64,000 nucleotides of DNA from Balanoglossus misakiensis (lineage: Eukaryota > Animalia > Hemichordata), in NCBI GenBank assembly GCA_040954595.2, contig CM082589.2, positions 7,313,186 through 7,377,185 on the forward strand. The letters run 5' to 3'. A program made the translations under genes and the position numbers. The notes beneath the pieces were generated by a model. The model had not been told where the DNA came from, did not search any database, and was given only the letters and a program-made list of their open reading frames with translations. This document shows positions 12,609-26,790 of the stretch, piece after piece. Positions within the stretch are counted from its first letter, which is position 1; the number at the start of each line of letters is the position of its first letter.

Positions 12609-13778
12609 GTGTGACGTCACACTACAGGTATATGACCTCGACGAATCCTTATTACACATGTGTTGAATTATGGATGCCCGGACTATTTTCTTTATGTAAA
12701 CAAACAAATATCACCTGTTCTCGATCAGAAATATGCCCGAATCCCAAAAGTGGGAGACTTATGAAGCACAGGGAAATGTGGGGTAATAAAGCACATGTTT
12801 TAAATGTAAAATGACCATGTAAAATTGCAAGTTAAACGTCACGATCGACATCGCTGGAGCATCGAGCAGCACAACACCAACAGCTTGCAGCCAGTCAACA
12901 GGTCGAGTCGAGCAGGCGAGCGATGACCATGTTTTATTTCAGGCAGTAGCAACAACATTTCTCAGGACATAAACGTAGCAGGAGAAAAGCCAATTTATTC
13001 TTGTCATTTCCCAGCATTTTCAGTAAATTTGACATCGATTCACCACGAACTATTGTTGTTTTCAATGTTTCAGATACATGATGTTTATCGGTTTCTCATT
13101 GAATCTTGGATAAAAGTTTGCATTTAGATTTTAAACCGACACGTCTTCAATGTAAATATTTAAGAATGATTTTATTGTTAAAGTGTTTCACAAATTTGAA
13201 ATTGATATGCTGCTTGCAATTTCAATTCGAAAAGTCAATGTTGTTCGACCCGTTATAAAATGTCCAGTGTTGTAAACAATGGGGCCGCGCTGTCAATCCA
13301 AGTAACGTTCACGTAGTTTTCTTAAATTCGCCGTGGTATCAGTGTATTCATCCATATTTACCTACCAAAAATATCGTCAGGTGAAGTGATACCTCTAGTG
13401 TCTCATATTTCATCTGATTTCACTCAGAAATAGCACGATAAACTGAACCTTCTGGGCCCGTTATTACTAACAGCTGATCGCGGTTTAATGTCCGTTTGCG
13501 TGTGACCCCGACACGGGACCCCGACCGCATAAATCTGTCGATCCTTTTAAAATAGTGCTATCTTTCTTTCGCTGAAATGTTTCATGGAAACTGGGTCTAT
13601 GTATGTGATAAACATATAATTCCCTCGTATTCCTCACTCGTGTGTCTGCGTCGCGAACTCGTGATTCCCCGTATACCTGTATCCCTCCTCGCCTGCGGCT
13701 CGGAGGGATACGGCCGCTATACGGGGAATCACTCGTCCGCGACGCAGACACATTCGTTCGAAATACGGGGGAATTATA
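12609..13778 (+). mobile_element. Full-length H1-type non-autonomous element (1170 bp) inserted in the NLR-like exon, flanked by TATA direct repeats
   Basis: TATA at 12605-12608 and 13779-13782. Removing the element and one TATA restores ...QVIPIIIQQLLKPQ... in frame. Left end gtgtgacgtcac resembles gtatgacgtcag at 33873; 3' hairpin is shared with the other copies. Confidence 0.85.
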
Positions 13779-15214
13779 TATAATTATTCAACAGTTATTA
13801 AAACCCCAAACATTAGAACTGTCAGAATATGATTTAAATAGAGTCTCTCTGCAAAGTTTGCAAGCTGCATCATTCATTATAGAGAATACTTCTGTTGTTC
13901 AGAATATCAATTTGACAAGTGATAAAGAAAGGGCAGACCTTTCAGAAGAGTTCAACAAACACCTGAATGTAATGATTGAAAATCCATCATCATCTGTCAA
14001 ATTTCAAGTTAAAAATTCAACTGAGTTGACTGTGGTCACTAGATATATCACATTCCACAGGCTTCTAATGGCTCACACACATAAATCTGTCAGAGGTCAT
14101 AGTGAGGTCAGTCTGAGGGATGTGACTATTGAAGCAATTGATGACAACTTTCAGGATGTTGGTCATGAAACAATTCAGGCACTGGTCAAAGCATTGGGAT
14201 CACTGCCTCTGTTGAAATCACTCCATTTCAATGGATTTAATGAAGCATTTATCACAAAGGTTTTCGAAAGGATGGTAAATGAAAATGTGTCATTAAAAGT
14301 AAGGACATTGGAGTTGCCACATAATGATTTAGAATACACCTTTATTGGTGTACTTTTGAGAGCTGTCAAAAATTTTCCATTTCTGAAGGATCTAGATGTC
14401 TCAAACAACAAGTTAGGTTATCTTGGGTGTGTAGCATTGTTACCATTGGTTGATGAAGTCAATGTTGTGTTGGAGAATAATGGGGTGGAAGAAAGTCTTG
14501 GAAAGTTGTTAGAGTGTGAACAGATTGCAAACCAGGTTGGAGATTTCAAATCACATGTGACACACTTCAAAACTTTGGGTGACATTTTCAATTTGCAGAA
14601 GAAAGGAAACTGTGTAGAACAAATACATGTTTCAAGGTTATCTTCTGACATTACCAACTTGCTTTGCTTAAATTTGTTTTTCTTCAAGAACTTAAAACAT
14701 TTAGCTATTACTGAGTCTGGTTTCACTACTAATAATGCTAAAGTTGTTGCTGATAGTTTTGAGAATCTGTTGTCTCTGAGACATTTAGACGTCAGTTCAA
14801 ATAACATAGGAGATGATGGCATTGAGTACATAGGTGGAAAACTTCACATACTGAAATATCTCACTGATGTTAATTTTAGTAACACAGGTATCAGTTTAAG
14901 AGGAATAGTTGGTTTGTTGAACATTGTGCCACAAAATCAACAACAAATTGTCAATGTTACAAACAATGACATCAGAGGCCTAAAGTACATCGTACCATAC
15001 ATTCCCCAGGAACTGCAGATACACCACTTGTACTTCCATAATGTCAATTTTAATGAAGACAGTCTCACTCTACATAAATTAATGTTCATAAACAATATTG
15101 TCAAAGAGTGTAAAAATCTGGAAGTAAGTAAGCAGTGGAGTCATACTGAATTTGAAGACTTCTGTAAAGGATTAAGTATTCTTTCATTTATACAAACTCT
15201 GAAACTTAATTGTG

Positions 15215-15686
15215 ACTAGGCTGAAACGCCTGGATCTTAGTCATAATAACATTGGAGATGTTGGTGCAGAGAGTTTAAGTAGAAGGATGAAGAATATGAC
15301 TGGGCTGGGACACCTGGATCTTAGTCATAATAACATTGGAGAGGTTGGTGCAGAGAGTTTAAGTAGAGGGATTGGGAAAATGTACTGGCTGAGACACCTG
15401 GATCTTAGTCATAATAACATTGGAGATGTTGGTGCAGAGAGTTTAAGTAAAGGGAGGGAGAATATGACTGGGCTTGGACACCTGGATCTTAGTCATAATA
15501 ACATTGGAGATGTTGGTGCAGAGGGTTTAAGTAAAGGGATGGGGAATATGACTAGGCTGGGATACCTGGATCTTAGTCATAATAACATTGGAGATATTGG
15601 TGCAGAGAGTTTAAGTAAAGGGATGGGGAATATGACTAGGCTGGGACACCTGGATCTTAGTCATAATAACATAGGAGATGTTGGTG
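15215..15686 (+). repeat. Tandem 84-bp LRR-coding repeat, about 5.5 near-identical units
   Basis: cctggatcttagtcataataacattggagatgttggtgcagagagtttaagt recurs every 84 nt. Confidence 0.95.
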
Positions 15687-17545
15687 TTGATATTTTCAGC
15701 AAAGTATTATCCAACCTGCAAAGCTCAAAGCATCTTGACTTGAGTTATAATAACATTACAGACAGAGGTATTATTAACTTACAATCTGTTGTTGATTCTT
15801 TACAAAGATCACCTCATATTGATTTAAGTCATAATGATATTCATGATATGCCAGAACATTTCGATGAAAAGAATATTGTTGAAACTGTTGAAGCAGCTCA
15901 TGCTTCTGACCCATTGGGAGGTTTTGCTGAAACTTTTGGCAGCACAAGTTATTGGTCGGAATTCAATCGACGTGGAAGTACTCACAGTGATGGATATAGC
16001 AGTAGTGCAGGTAGTTCTCGCAGTTCATGTAGTTGTCGTGGTGAAGAGTGACAGTTTTCAATTGTTTGGTAAAAGTGAAAAATGGCCATGCTGTGTGCAG
16101 TTTGATATCAGTATTATGGTTGTGACATTGAATTATTCTCACACTTGCACCCCTTAATATTATCGTCATACTGGAGGGGGTGGGGTGGAGGGTTGTCATC
16201 TATTTCTTTTCTTTTTGTGTGTGTGATGCATGACTTATAGTCAGTCTGAGTGGGCTGGGACTTCCTTATACCGTTTCTGGAGATCGCCCTAGTTCTTTTC
16301 AGCGGCAAGCGATGAGTAGCTGACTGTTATTCTGAGTTCAGATGGTGTTGTTCAGTGTTGTATATAGGAGCCCATAGCTACTTGATACTCATACCGTAAA
16401 TCATCATCATGTTAGAATCTTGCAATTTCTTTTTCACTCAACATATCCCAACATACATATTTTTGCGGTCACATTCTACAGTACTTGTGTCAAACTATAA
16501 TTGGCCTGACTGACCTGCCAGACAATATTCACTTTAAAAACTAGTGACTATATCCAAATAAGTTTAACTAAATCAGATGCTCTAAACATTGCGCCTGTCT
16601 GTGGAAAATGTAGTGTTATGGATAATTGTTGAGAGCTTATTGAAGTTAGTGAGTGTTGCTTCTTATATTTATTGCATTTTGACATTTTGGCATATCGCGA
16701 GAACTGAAGGAACCAATTTTGATATATCCTTTTTATTTTTATATGCTTATTGTTTGTAATACATTTTTGTTTACATATAGCAGTAAATTTTAGTTGTATA
16801 TTCTTTTCATAACCTAAACTGCATGATATGAGATCTATGATTTAATATGTTTATTTTTGTTTTAGATTTATTATTGAAAATTTATTTTTATTAGATTTAC
16901 TAGTAAATTTACCTCATTATTAATTCTTTGTATAAAATAAATTATTTTGTTCAAAGCATATTATATCTTTGACACTCAAGTTTTAATTCGTGCTTTTTAT
17001 TTTTGTTATATGTTTATTTTTGAAAGATTTTTTTGTTTATTGTTTATATACAGCAATAAATAGTCATTATTATTCTTACATTATTTGTATAGTCTATTAA
17101 ATATGTGAAATAATTGTTTGAATGAAAGCCGACACAGTATACTGGAGTTTGAGCAGAATATCCAACTCACTGCAGAGAAATTACCAACTCAGCTCTCTAC
17201 AAGCAAGCTCACTCCATATTAAGTTCACTTGAATGTGTGCTCTAAATTTAGAACTCTTTGGCTGAAGAATTGCACACTATAGCCCTGGAGCTAAATTACA
17301 CGTAATTGAATGCGAAAGTCATCTACAACATAGTTTTGGGGGGTGGGAAGTTAAAATGTATAGGCCAGCACGCAGTAATATCGGCCGTTATCCTAGTGCA
17401 TGCTACGGAGGCTTGGACGCGCATGTACTGGCCGGGTGGGCTGCTCACCAAGGGGCGATTGTCGCCCCCTGAACTTGTTACAAGGGGCGATTCAAGTGTA
17501 AAAGAGGAGGAATCGCGCAATCGCGCGTCCCGGAGAAAACACTGG

Positions 17546-17666
17546 ATGGCAGAGGGAATTTTGGGGTAAATAATGTAGTCGACAGAGTTTTAGAATGTTT
17601 ATCATGGAAAGATGTGCAATTTCTACGCCGTTTGTGTTTACTATATAATAAACTGATATTAAATCG
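17546..17666 (+). repeat. Dispersed direct repeat, copy 2 (copy 1 at 5220-5323)
   Basis: Direct match to 5220-5323 with two small indels. Confidence 0.85.
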
Positions 17667-18564
17667 AACAGTGCCCACAGCTTACTAATTACCTACACGA
17701 GACTATTCAATATAGACTCAGGTAATTCGGCGAGAAGTACCGTGTCCAGAGTAAGTCTGTGAAGACACTGTTCGACTCTAGTTTACTCGAATCCCGTTCG
17801 TCGCGTCACCAAAACTGGCGCCAAATTCGGGTACCAAAAATTATCCCAAGTCTGACGACAGCTGGTTTTTTTTCTTCCCGACCAATGCAATGCTAACCCC
17901 ACCATCACTACAATTGCCAAGGACTACTGAAATTGTCCCGAAACTTCGGCGGCACAGGTTTAAACCAGTCACATCAAGCAGCAAAATGTTCAATACATGT
18001 ACATGTGGTAGCCGGTACGGCGGGAGCCTGCATGACGATGACTGAAGCCCTAGCCCGTTGCCCTGCAGCTGGTCATAGCCGACAGGCCTAAGTGAAAACA
18101 CGGCAAATGACACACCCATTACCAATAAACTCGTATCGAGGAGGGCCGAGAGGATAAACCCGACCATTCCATGGCTGGCTGGATGTCCTGGAAGGTTTGT
18201 AGACTCTGAAATTCGCGGAAGATGTGAAAACACGCCCACAGCTACCGACGGCAGAGGAGAGAGAGAACTACCGGAAGTGACGTGGACTTGCGACGTCACT
18301 GACTTGACCCATCTCACGACTAGAGGGCGCTTTGAGTATCTTACCATGGCCCTTGTCTTCACCAAAGAGTTAATACAATCACAGAGTTACGAATACGGTT
18401 ATTTTGTTCAATAATTACATTGTCAGTTGGTTTTTAACCGCAGTTAAGTGTATAGTATGCAAACGAGTTGATAATTCGAGAAAAAAGTGCAAATAAGACA
18501 CAAAACAGATTCTTTCTTCGTTTCCAACCAACCAACCAACCAACCAACCAACCAACCAACCAAC

Positions 18565-18672
18565 CAATCTGATTAAAATCAGATGTAGGGAACGGCGACT
18601 TGGTTTTTTTTAAGCTGTCGACAGCATAAAAAACCAAGTCGCCGTTCCCTACATCTGATTTTAATCAGATTG
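18565..18672. mobile_element. 108-bp palindromic MITE (family F) inside a (CCAA)n microsatellite, 9-bp TSD
   Basis: TIR caatctgattaaaatcagatgtagggaacggcgac; ccaaccaac on both sides; relatives at 31631-31740 and 61455-61634. Confidence 0.85.
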
Positions 18673-19205
18673 CCAACCAACCAGCCAACCAACCAACCAG
18701 GCAATCAAATGCACATGAAAAACTTGGCATGCATGTTATAAAAGAAATAATTTCAAATTTATTTTGAATTTCTTAAAAGACGAAGTTTCATGACACCGTT
18801 ATTTATATAAACATACGAACAAATCAATATACCTATTGGATTAAAAGTATCAAAAGAATTGGAATGTCGGGTTTGTAGTATATGAGAGTACAAATCTCGC
18901 CAAAATGAATAAATGGTAAATACTGATTATTCACTGTCGTGTCTACAAGTGGGGTGGAAAACGCTGGTTCATTATATATCTACATGTAAATCAACTTAAA
19001 TGGTGTCTTGTACCAAACATAATTAATGGGAAAAGGGCAGCGAGAGAGAGACTTTGTTACTTTAACTAATTGAAATCATCTCGAAGTCCAATGGTCCTGT
19101 CCTATTGAACTGCATTCTATTCAGCAAAACACCACGACACTTTGACAAGTGAACAAAACACAATGAAATGGTAATCTTATGAAAAATGATCGAGCAATAT
19201 ATTCA

Positions 19206-21646
<2,441 letters not shown>

Positions 21647-22235
21647 CTTCCGTGTATCAGACTGTAATGGCGGCGATAAACCCCCATTTTGCCAATCGCG
21701 CGAAAAATAATTTAAAAGTAAATTTAGGTGATAGATTCGATTTAACAGGTACCCTTATCTCTGGGATGCGGAGAACGGCTGTGATGTGTACCGCGGGCAA
21801 CGGATGCGCGGGTTGGTGTATAATTATGAGGTTATTACAAAAATACCGCAAAGCCATCTTTCTTTTTTGTTTACGTGCGTTAGAGTGGGGGTGTCTTGAA
21901 ACCGTCCGCATAACACTGCATACCTGTACACGGTGAGTTGGGTCGCCTTGAAACTTAACCCGCGTTTTGTACGGCTTTTTTTAGTGCACGCTAAATTCCA
22001 TTGTTCTAAGTGTCAGTTGTATAATAATGGGGAATTTTATGTGACAGATTCCATTAAACAGGTACCCTTATGTCTGGGATGCGTAGAACAGCTGCGCTGT
22101 GTCCCGCTGACGCAGGTTGGTGTATTATGCACGATGTTGAATTTTCCCCAGTCTAATCGATAAGATAATGTACACACTTCAGTTCCCCACACAGGTTTTC
22201 CATCCTTGTTGATTCCTTACCTACGAAAAGTGTCT

Positions 22236-22564
22236 TTAAAGCCTCTTGAGCTTCCACTTTTTGCATTATTCTCATGATTTTATTTTCCAACCTAAATTGG
22301 TCAATTTAAATAAGCTTACTGATAGGTACGGTATACGAACACTTTATCGATGCCCGATTGTGACTGCATGTTGCAATTTGAACACGCTATGTATTTAAAC
22401 GGCGCCGCACCGATTTAATAAACCTCCATACAAACAGTACGCAGCTATCGTGGTATGCGCCGCCAAGAGATGACAAACTGATGATTTTTATAGAATAGGG
22501 AATATTTTTAAAGAATTTTACTGTGGAAAATAATATGTGGAATTTGGCAGCTATAGGGGCTTAA
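22236..22564. mobile_element. Possible degenerate TTAA-flanked MITE
   Basis: TTAAagcctcttgagct ... agctataggggcTTAA form imperfect terminal inverted repeats. Confidence 0.35.
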
Positions 22565-24044
22565 AAATGTGGATAATTTCAGGTGAAGCCAAAACAGCGA
22601 ATATTTATAAGATTTTTAGGCCTAATTGACTGAGTAATATGTTGACAGTGAGGAAAATGTTGATATTGTACTAAATAAATCAAGATGTGCAAAACTGCAG
22701 CGATGTCGTCCACAATTTAAAGCTATATCCAATCAGACCGTATATTTATCGAACTCCACGAGATCCTGCGAGATCTCGCTTAGCGAGGTAGTTTCTATGG
22801 GTGGGGGCATTCTCATGCCACACACGGCAATCGACACACAGCCCATAAGTTGTTTTTTGAAAAACTCTGCACCTATTCTAGTTTGTTACAAAGTTTGCCT
22901 AGCATTACATGTACTTGGCTAGCAACTCTCTGCTACCGTAATGACTAAGTCTCGCGAGATCTCACCAAAAGTGGAAAATCATGTCTTGCAAGAATAGTCG
23001 TTTTTTTTATCTAAATAGCCATTGAATAACATCAGATTCGAAACATAAAGTTACATGAAAATATCACGTCAGTAGTCATTATAGCAGACTCTCTGATGTT
23101 AACCCTAACCTGTTTAGCCTTTTTATTGTAAAAACGCAGGATGCGAAATGAATCATTCGGGATTCATATAATCAGCAAATGTTTACCGTTCAATACATCA
23201 TGGTGTATGCAATCGCATTTCACAGTGCAACAGCTTGGTGTCCTCGATCTCCAGTGTCGAAAAATCCCAAGCGCGCGCCACTAATCCTATAACATATATT
23301 ACTCCACCGCCCTTTTGCAACGTTTACGGCCGAGTCGTCCCCGTCCCCGTCCCCCTAGTCACTAATGACGACTGCCTATTAACCGAAACACCGCGAGTAG
23401 TTGTCGGGAAGGAATTCTGTGGACAGCACCAATGAAGCCGAGGGTTGGTTTTATCTGCTGCCACGGAAAAGCCAAGGGTGAGTGTGTCGGTGGGATTTTT
23501 TTTCCATTCACCGTCCCTGTCGTCTGTGACAAATCTCTTCAACAGATTATGCCTTTTACAATGTATGTATGGTCCTGCCTATATACATGATGACGCGGAA
23601 CTTCCCGGTGCGTTTTTTTTTTCGCGTGAAATGTTTTGAACAGATTCAATTAACAGTTAGTTACTTGAACGTCGTCACTTTACACGTATGAAGTCTTCCT
23701 GTTAATTGTTAGCTTATTTTGTGGTCACGCGATGTTGGTACGAACAGCAGACAAGTACATTAGCTGAAGCTGGTGACCCGCGGTTTGTATGCAAAGGTAG
23801 TACAGTATAATGTCATTGTCCTAGTCAAGAAAAATCATACTGTCGTCAACAATGAAATGCTGAAAATAAATCTCTCATCAAAAATCGCCAAGAAAATGCT
23901 CATATTAATGTTGATTTAAATATTGCTTGTTGACGGGGAGTTCACGTTGTGCGAAATAGTAAATCCTGACAAAATTTCCATTATCGTACATTTGGTATCA
24001 TCGACAAAACGAATCGTTGAAAGTGATTTGATCTTCAACTGCAG

Positions 24045-25727
24045 GTGGCTGGAAAAATGTATTGTTAAAAATTATGGTGATAGGCTGCGTTGGTCTGTTG
24101 GTGGTTAAAGTGTCCAGTCGAGACCGCACGACAGACAGTCTAATTTCCAATCGTGCGAATCAAGCTTCCAGCGGATCGTGAGTATTACACAATTAATATT
24201 TACTGTATCAAATTGTGTTTGACTAAGTAAAATTAAATTTGATTGACTCTAATTCCGTTCAGTTCAATTTATATAAGCTTATCGAAATAAATTCAGTGGG
24301 TACCGTGTTTTTGTGTCAGGTAGTAACTGCACCTTCGGCAATGGTATGTGTGCGCATGCGCATTTTGTGTGCATGCCCGCGCACCCGCAGTAGTACAAAA
24401 ACTGACGGACGAACAGACAGACGACAGACAGGTTTGTAGACATTGGTACATGATGGACATAAGGAGAAACCCCTGGTTGGGTAGTCATGATAACATAGAA
24501 AGAAAAAGACGGACTTCGTGATCGCTGTATGGGTGTAGGTACGGGTGGAGGTTAATGTCAAGTTCTTACGCGACTGGCGAGCATATCAATCAGTATTTTT
24601 ACAAAGTAAAATTTTGTCAACTTTAATGTGTTTTCTCTGCTGATTCACGCTCATGTCTCGTTTCCACGTTCAGCAAAAGCAGTCCAGCAAACACCGCCAA
24701 CAGCGATGACAGTCAAAGTAAACCATGCCAACCGGTTAGAAATTTTGTTTTCCTCAAGACCATGAAGACGGGCGGTAGTACGGTGGCCAGCATATTGCAT
24801 CGGTACGCCTTGAAGAACAACCTTGTCGCCGTGACAGCCCCCGAGGGGCGCCCGTCGATTTTGCCGGATAAGTCTCACCTGGAGCCTGGCTTGAAATACC
24901 TTGAGTATAACTGCAGTGACTTCCCCGGGTATAACTACATGGCCAGCCATATCCATTACAACAGGCAGGCCATGGACGCGGTGGTACACAACGCGAAATA
25001 TTTCACGATTCTCCGGTCGCCGTACGACCAGAGGAGGTCCCAGTTCTACTACACGAAGAAGGACAAGAAACGGAAGTACGCCACCAAGAAGAACCCCTTC
25101 GCTGCCCACCTCAAAGAGCTGCAGGCGGATTACATCTACGACGGGAGATTGATCCGCGTCATGAGAAATGGCACCAGCCAGTTCCACACCCTGGGGTTTC
25201 TGCCCAAATACCATAGCAACGACACGGCCGTGCGGCAGAGGCTGCGAGAGCTGGAAGGCGAGCTGGATATGGTGATGCTGATGGAGTACTTTGACGAATC
25301 GGTGGTTCTGCTCGCCCGGACGCTGTGTTGGCGACTGGAAGACTTCGCTTACTCCTTCTGCAAGCTGCACAAGGAGAAGCCAGCGCCTCTGACGACCGCG
25401 GTGAGGGAAATGGTGGCCAGGCTCAACCCGGGCGACGTGAAGCTGTACGACTACTTTAACCGCACGTTTTGGAAGCGCGTGGAAGAATACGAGGGCGATT
25501 TCGAAGGGGACTTGGGCAGATTTCGTCTGCTGCAGAGAGACACGATCGGGCGGTGCGAGGAAGGGAACTGGCAAACGGAGCAGTGCATCCACCTTGGCTA
25601 CGACGCGCACCAGCTCCTCCGAAGGATATACAACAAACAGCTGCAATGGATATGCCCTAGGAATTCTGGGATCAAACAGGTGCCACTGAGGGGGAACGGG
25701 ATTCGGTGTAAATACCACACCAGTTGA
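24045..25727 (+). CDS. Galactose-3-O-sulfotransferase family (GAL3ST-like) type II membrane protein; exons 24045-24177 (signal anchor, ATG at 24074) and 24674-25727; upstream exons near 23570-23800 unresolved
   Basis: Phase-2 join gives ...MVIGCVGLLVVKV...SKPCQPVRNFVFLKTMKTGGSTVASILHRYA (5'-PAPS-binding loop), YFTILRSP (3'-PB) and LDMVMLMEYFDESVVLLARTLCW. Confidence 0.9.
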
Positions 25728-25974
25728 ACAAGAGCGACGCTTTTATTAACTGGAACACGAAATCTTTCCCAATTTTACCAACACAAACTGATCAAAGTCT
25801 TGAATCTTGACAAAGCCTCTGGGTGTGTGCGACACATAGTTGTTTTAAGTCTCAATTGCATATCGTCACTGGATTTAAAATAAAGAATCAGAATATCTAG
25901 AGAATTTCGGATCGGTAAACGATATATTTCATCGACCACACGAGTCCTCAAAGCGCATCAAATGATCATATTTA

Positions 25975-26182
25975 CTGTAAAACGGGAATTTTTAGCGACA
26001 GAAAATTTTCGCGATATCAAAAGAGGCGACTATTCTGCGACGATTAATTTTCGCGTTCTGTTTATCTCAGAATAACATACTGTTGTACACAATGTCCTTT
26101 GGCGACTCTATATTATCGCGGGCTTTTTGGCTCTCGCGTAGTTCGCGAAAATTTACCGTTCGCTAAATTTCCCGTTTTACAG
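25975..26182. mobile_element. Tc1/mariner-type MITE with TA TSD
   Basis: TA|ctgtaaaacgggaattt...aaatttcccgttttacag|TA terminal inverted repeats. Confidence 0.85.
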
Positions 26183-26565
26183 TATATGAGTCAACAGCTG
26201 TTACTGCTCATAAGGTACACGTATTGGTCGGTCGATCGTTCACTCATATTCAATGAACGACCCTGAGCCCTGTACTGTAGGTCACGCGAAATCATATAAA
26301 GGGAATATCGGTATACACATCCACTGCATGTTAGTCAATAGTCATCAAGGTACACAAAAACTTGACATGCAGATTGAGTAACATTCGGCGTTCGTATACC
26401 CATTACAAATAAATAGTAAAACAATGAAATTCCTCTCTAATTTGTGTTCCCTTGCAGTGAATTCTTTTTTTTTTGGCAGGGAATTTTTTATTCCCTGACA
26501 CAATTTTGCAGGATATTGACCCGAGGTTTGTTATTTGTGTTTCAAGAAATACAAAACAGTCGAAA

Positions 26566-26697
26566 TTCATTCATTCATTCATTCATTCATTCATTCATTC
26601 ATTCATTCATTCATTCATTCATTCATTCATTCATTCATTCATTCATTCATTCATCCATTACTTCATTCGTTTGCTCGCTCGCCCGCTCGTTCTTTTT

Positions 26698-26789
<92 letters not shown>

Positions 26790-26790
26790 T
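26566..26790. repeat. (TTCA)n + (TTTC)n compound microsatellite; mirror copy at 46109-46311
   Basis: Direct reading. Confidence 0.97.

Larger units (their letters stand above)
8448..16051 (+). pseudogene. NLR-like gene (GT4 glycosyltransferase - spacer - coiled coil - TRADD-N-like - NACHT-associated HD1/WHD/HD2 - LRR); exons 8434-9642, 9788-9904, 10094-10216, 10321-10413, 10885-11436, 11815-(TE 12609-13778)-16051; frameshift near 15212
   Basis: All introns are phase 1 GT-AG. GT-B motifs TVFLAEKWNRVKDTVSALNCQLA and EPFRMEGLRSIAAGLPVLV; WHD-like CHFLSEYIYFYAVALY; RI-type 28-aa LRRs LxxLDLSHNNIGDVGAESL. An in-frame stop comes from the insertion and the frame shifts between ORFs 13642-15219 and 15212-16051. 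Confidence 0.8.

Noticed and set aside
15124-15219. Intron that would repair the LRR frameshift (GTAAGT at 15124 or GTAAGC at 15128 to TAG at 15219)
   Set aside because: The donors are phase 0 and 1 but the downstream LRR frame needs phase 2; both joins hit stops.
17841-18365. 174-aa minus-strand ORF
   Set aside because: No ATG start, no recognisable motif and no supporting exon structure; probably repeat-derived.
23570-23800. Upstream coding exons of the sulfotransferase (MYGPAYIHDDAELP; QTSTLAEAGDPRFVCK)
   Set aside because: The second could join exon 24045 in phase, but the first does not match its phase; left unresolved, possibly UTR.
24651-25718. 355-aa antisense ORF
   Set aside because: Shadow of the GC3-rich sulfotransferase exon; no independent features.
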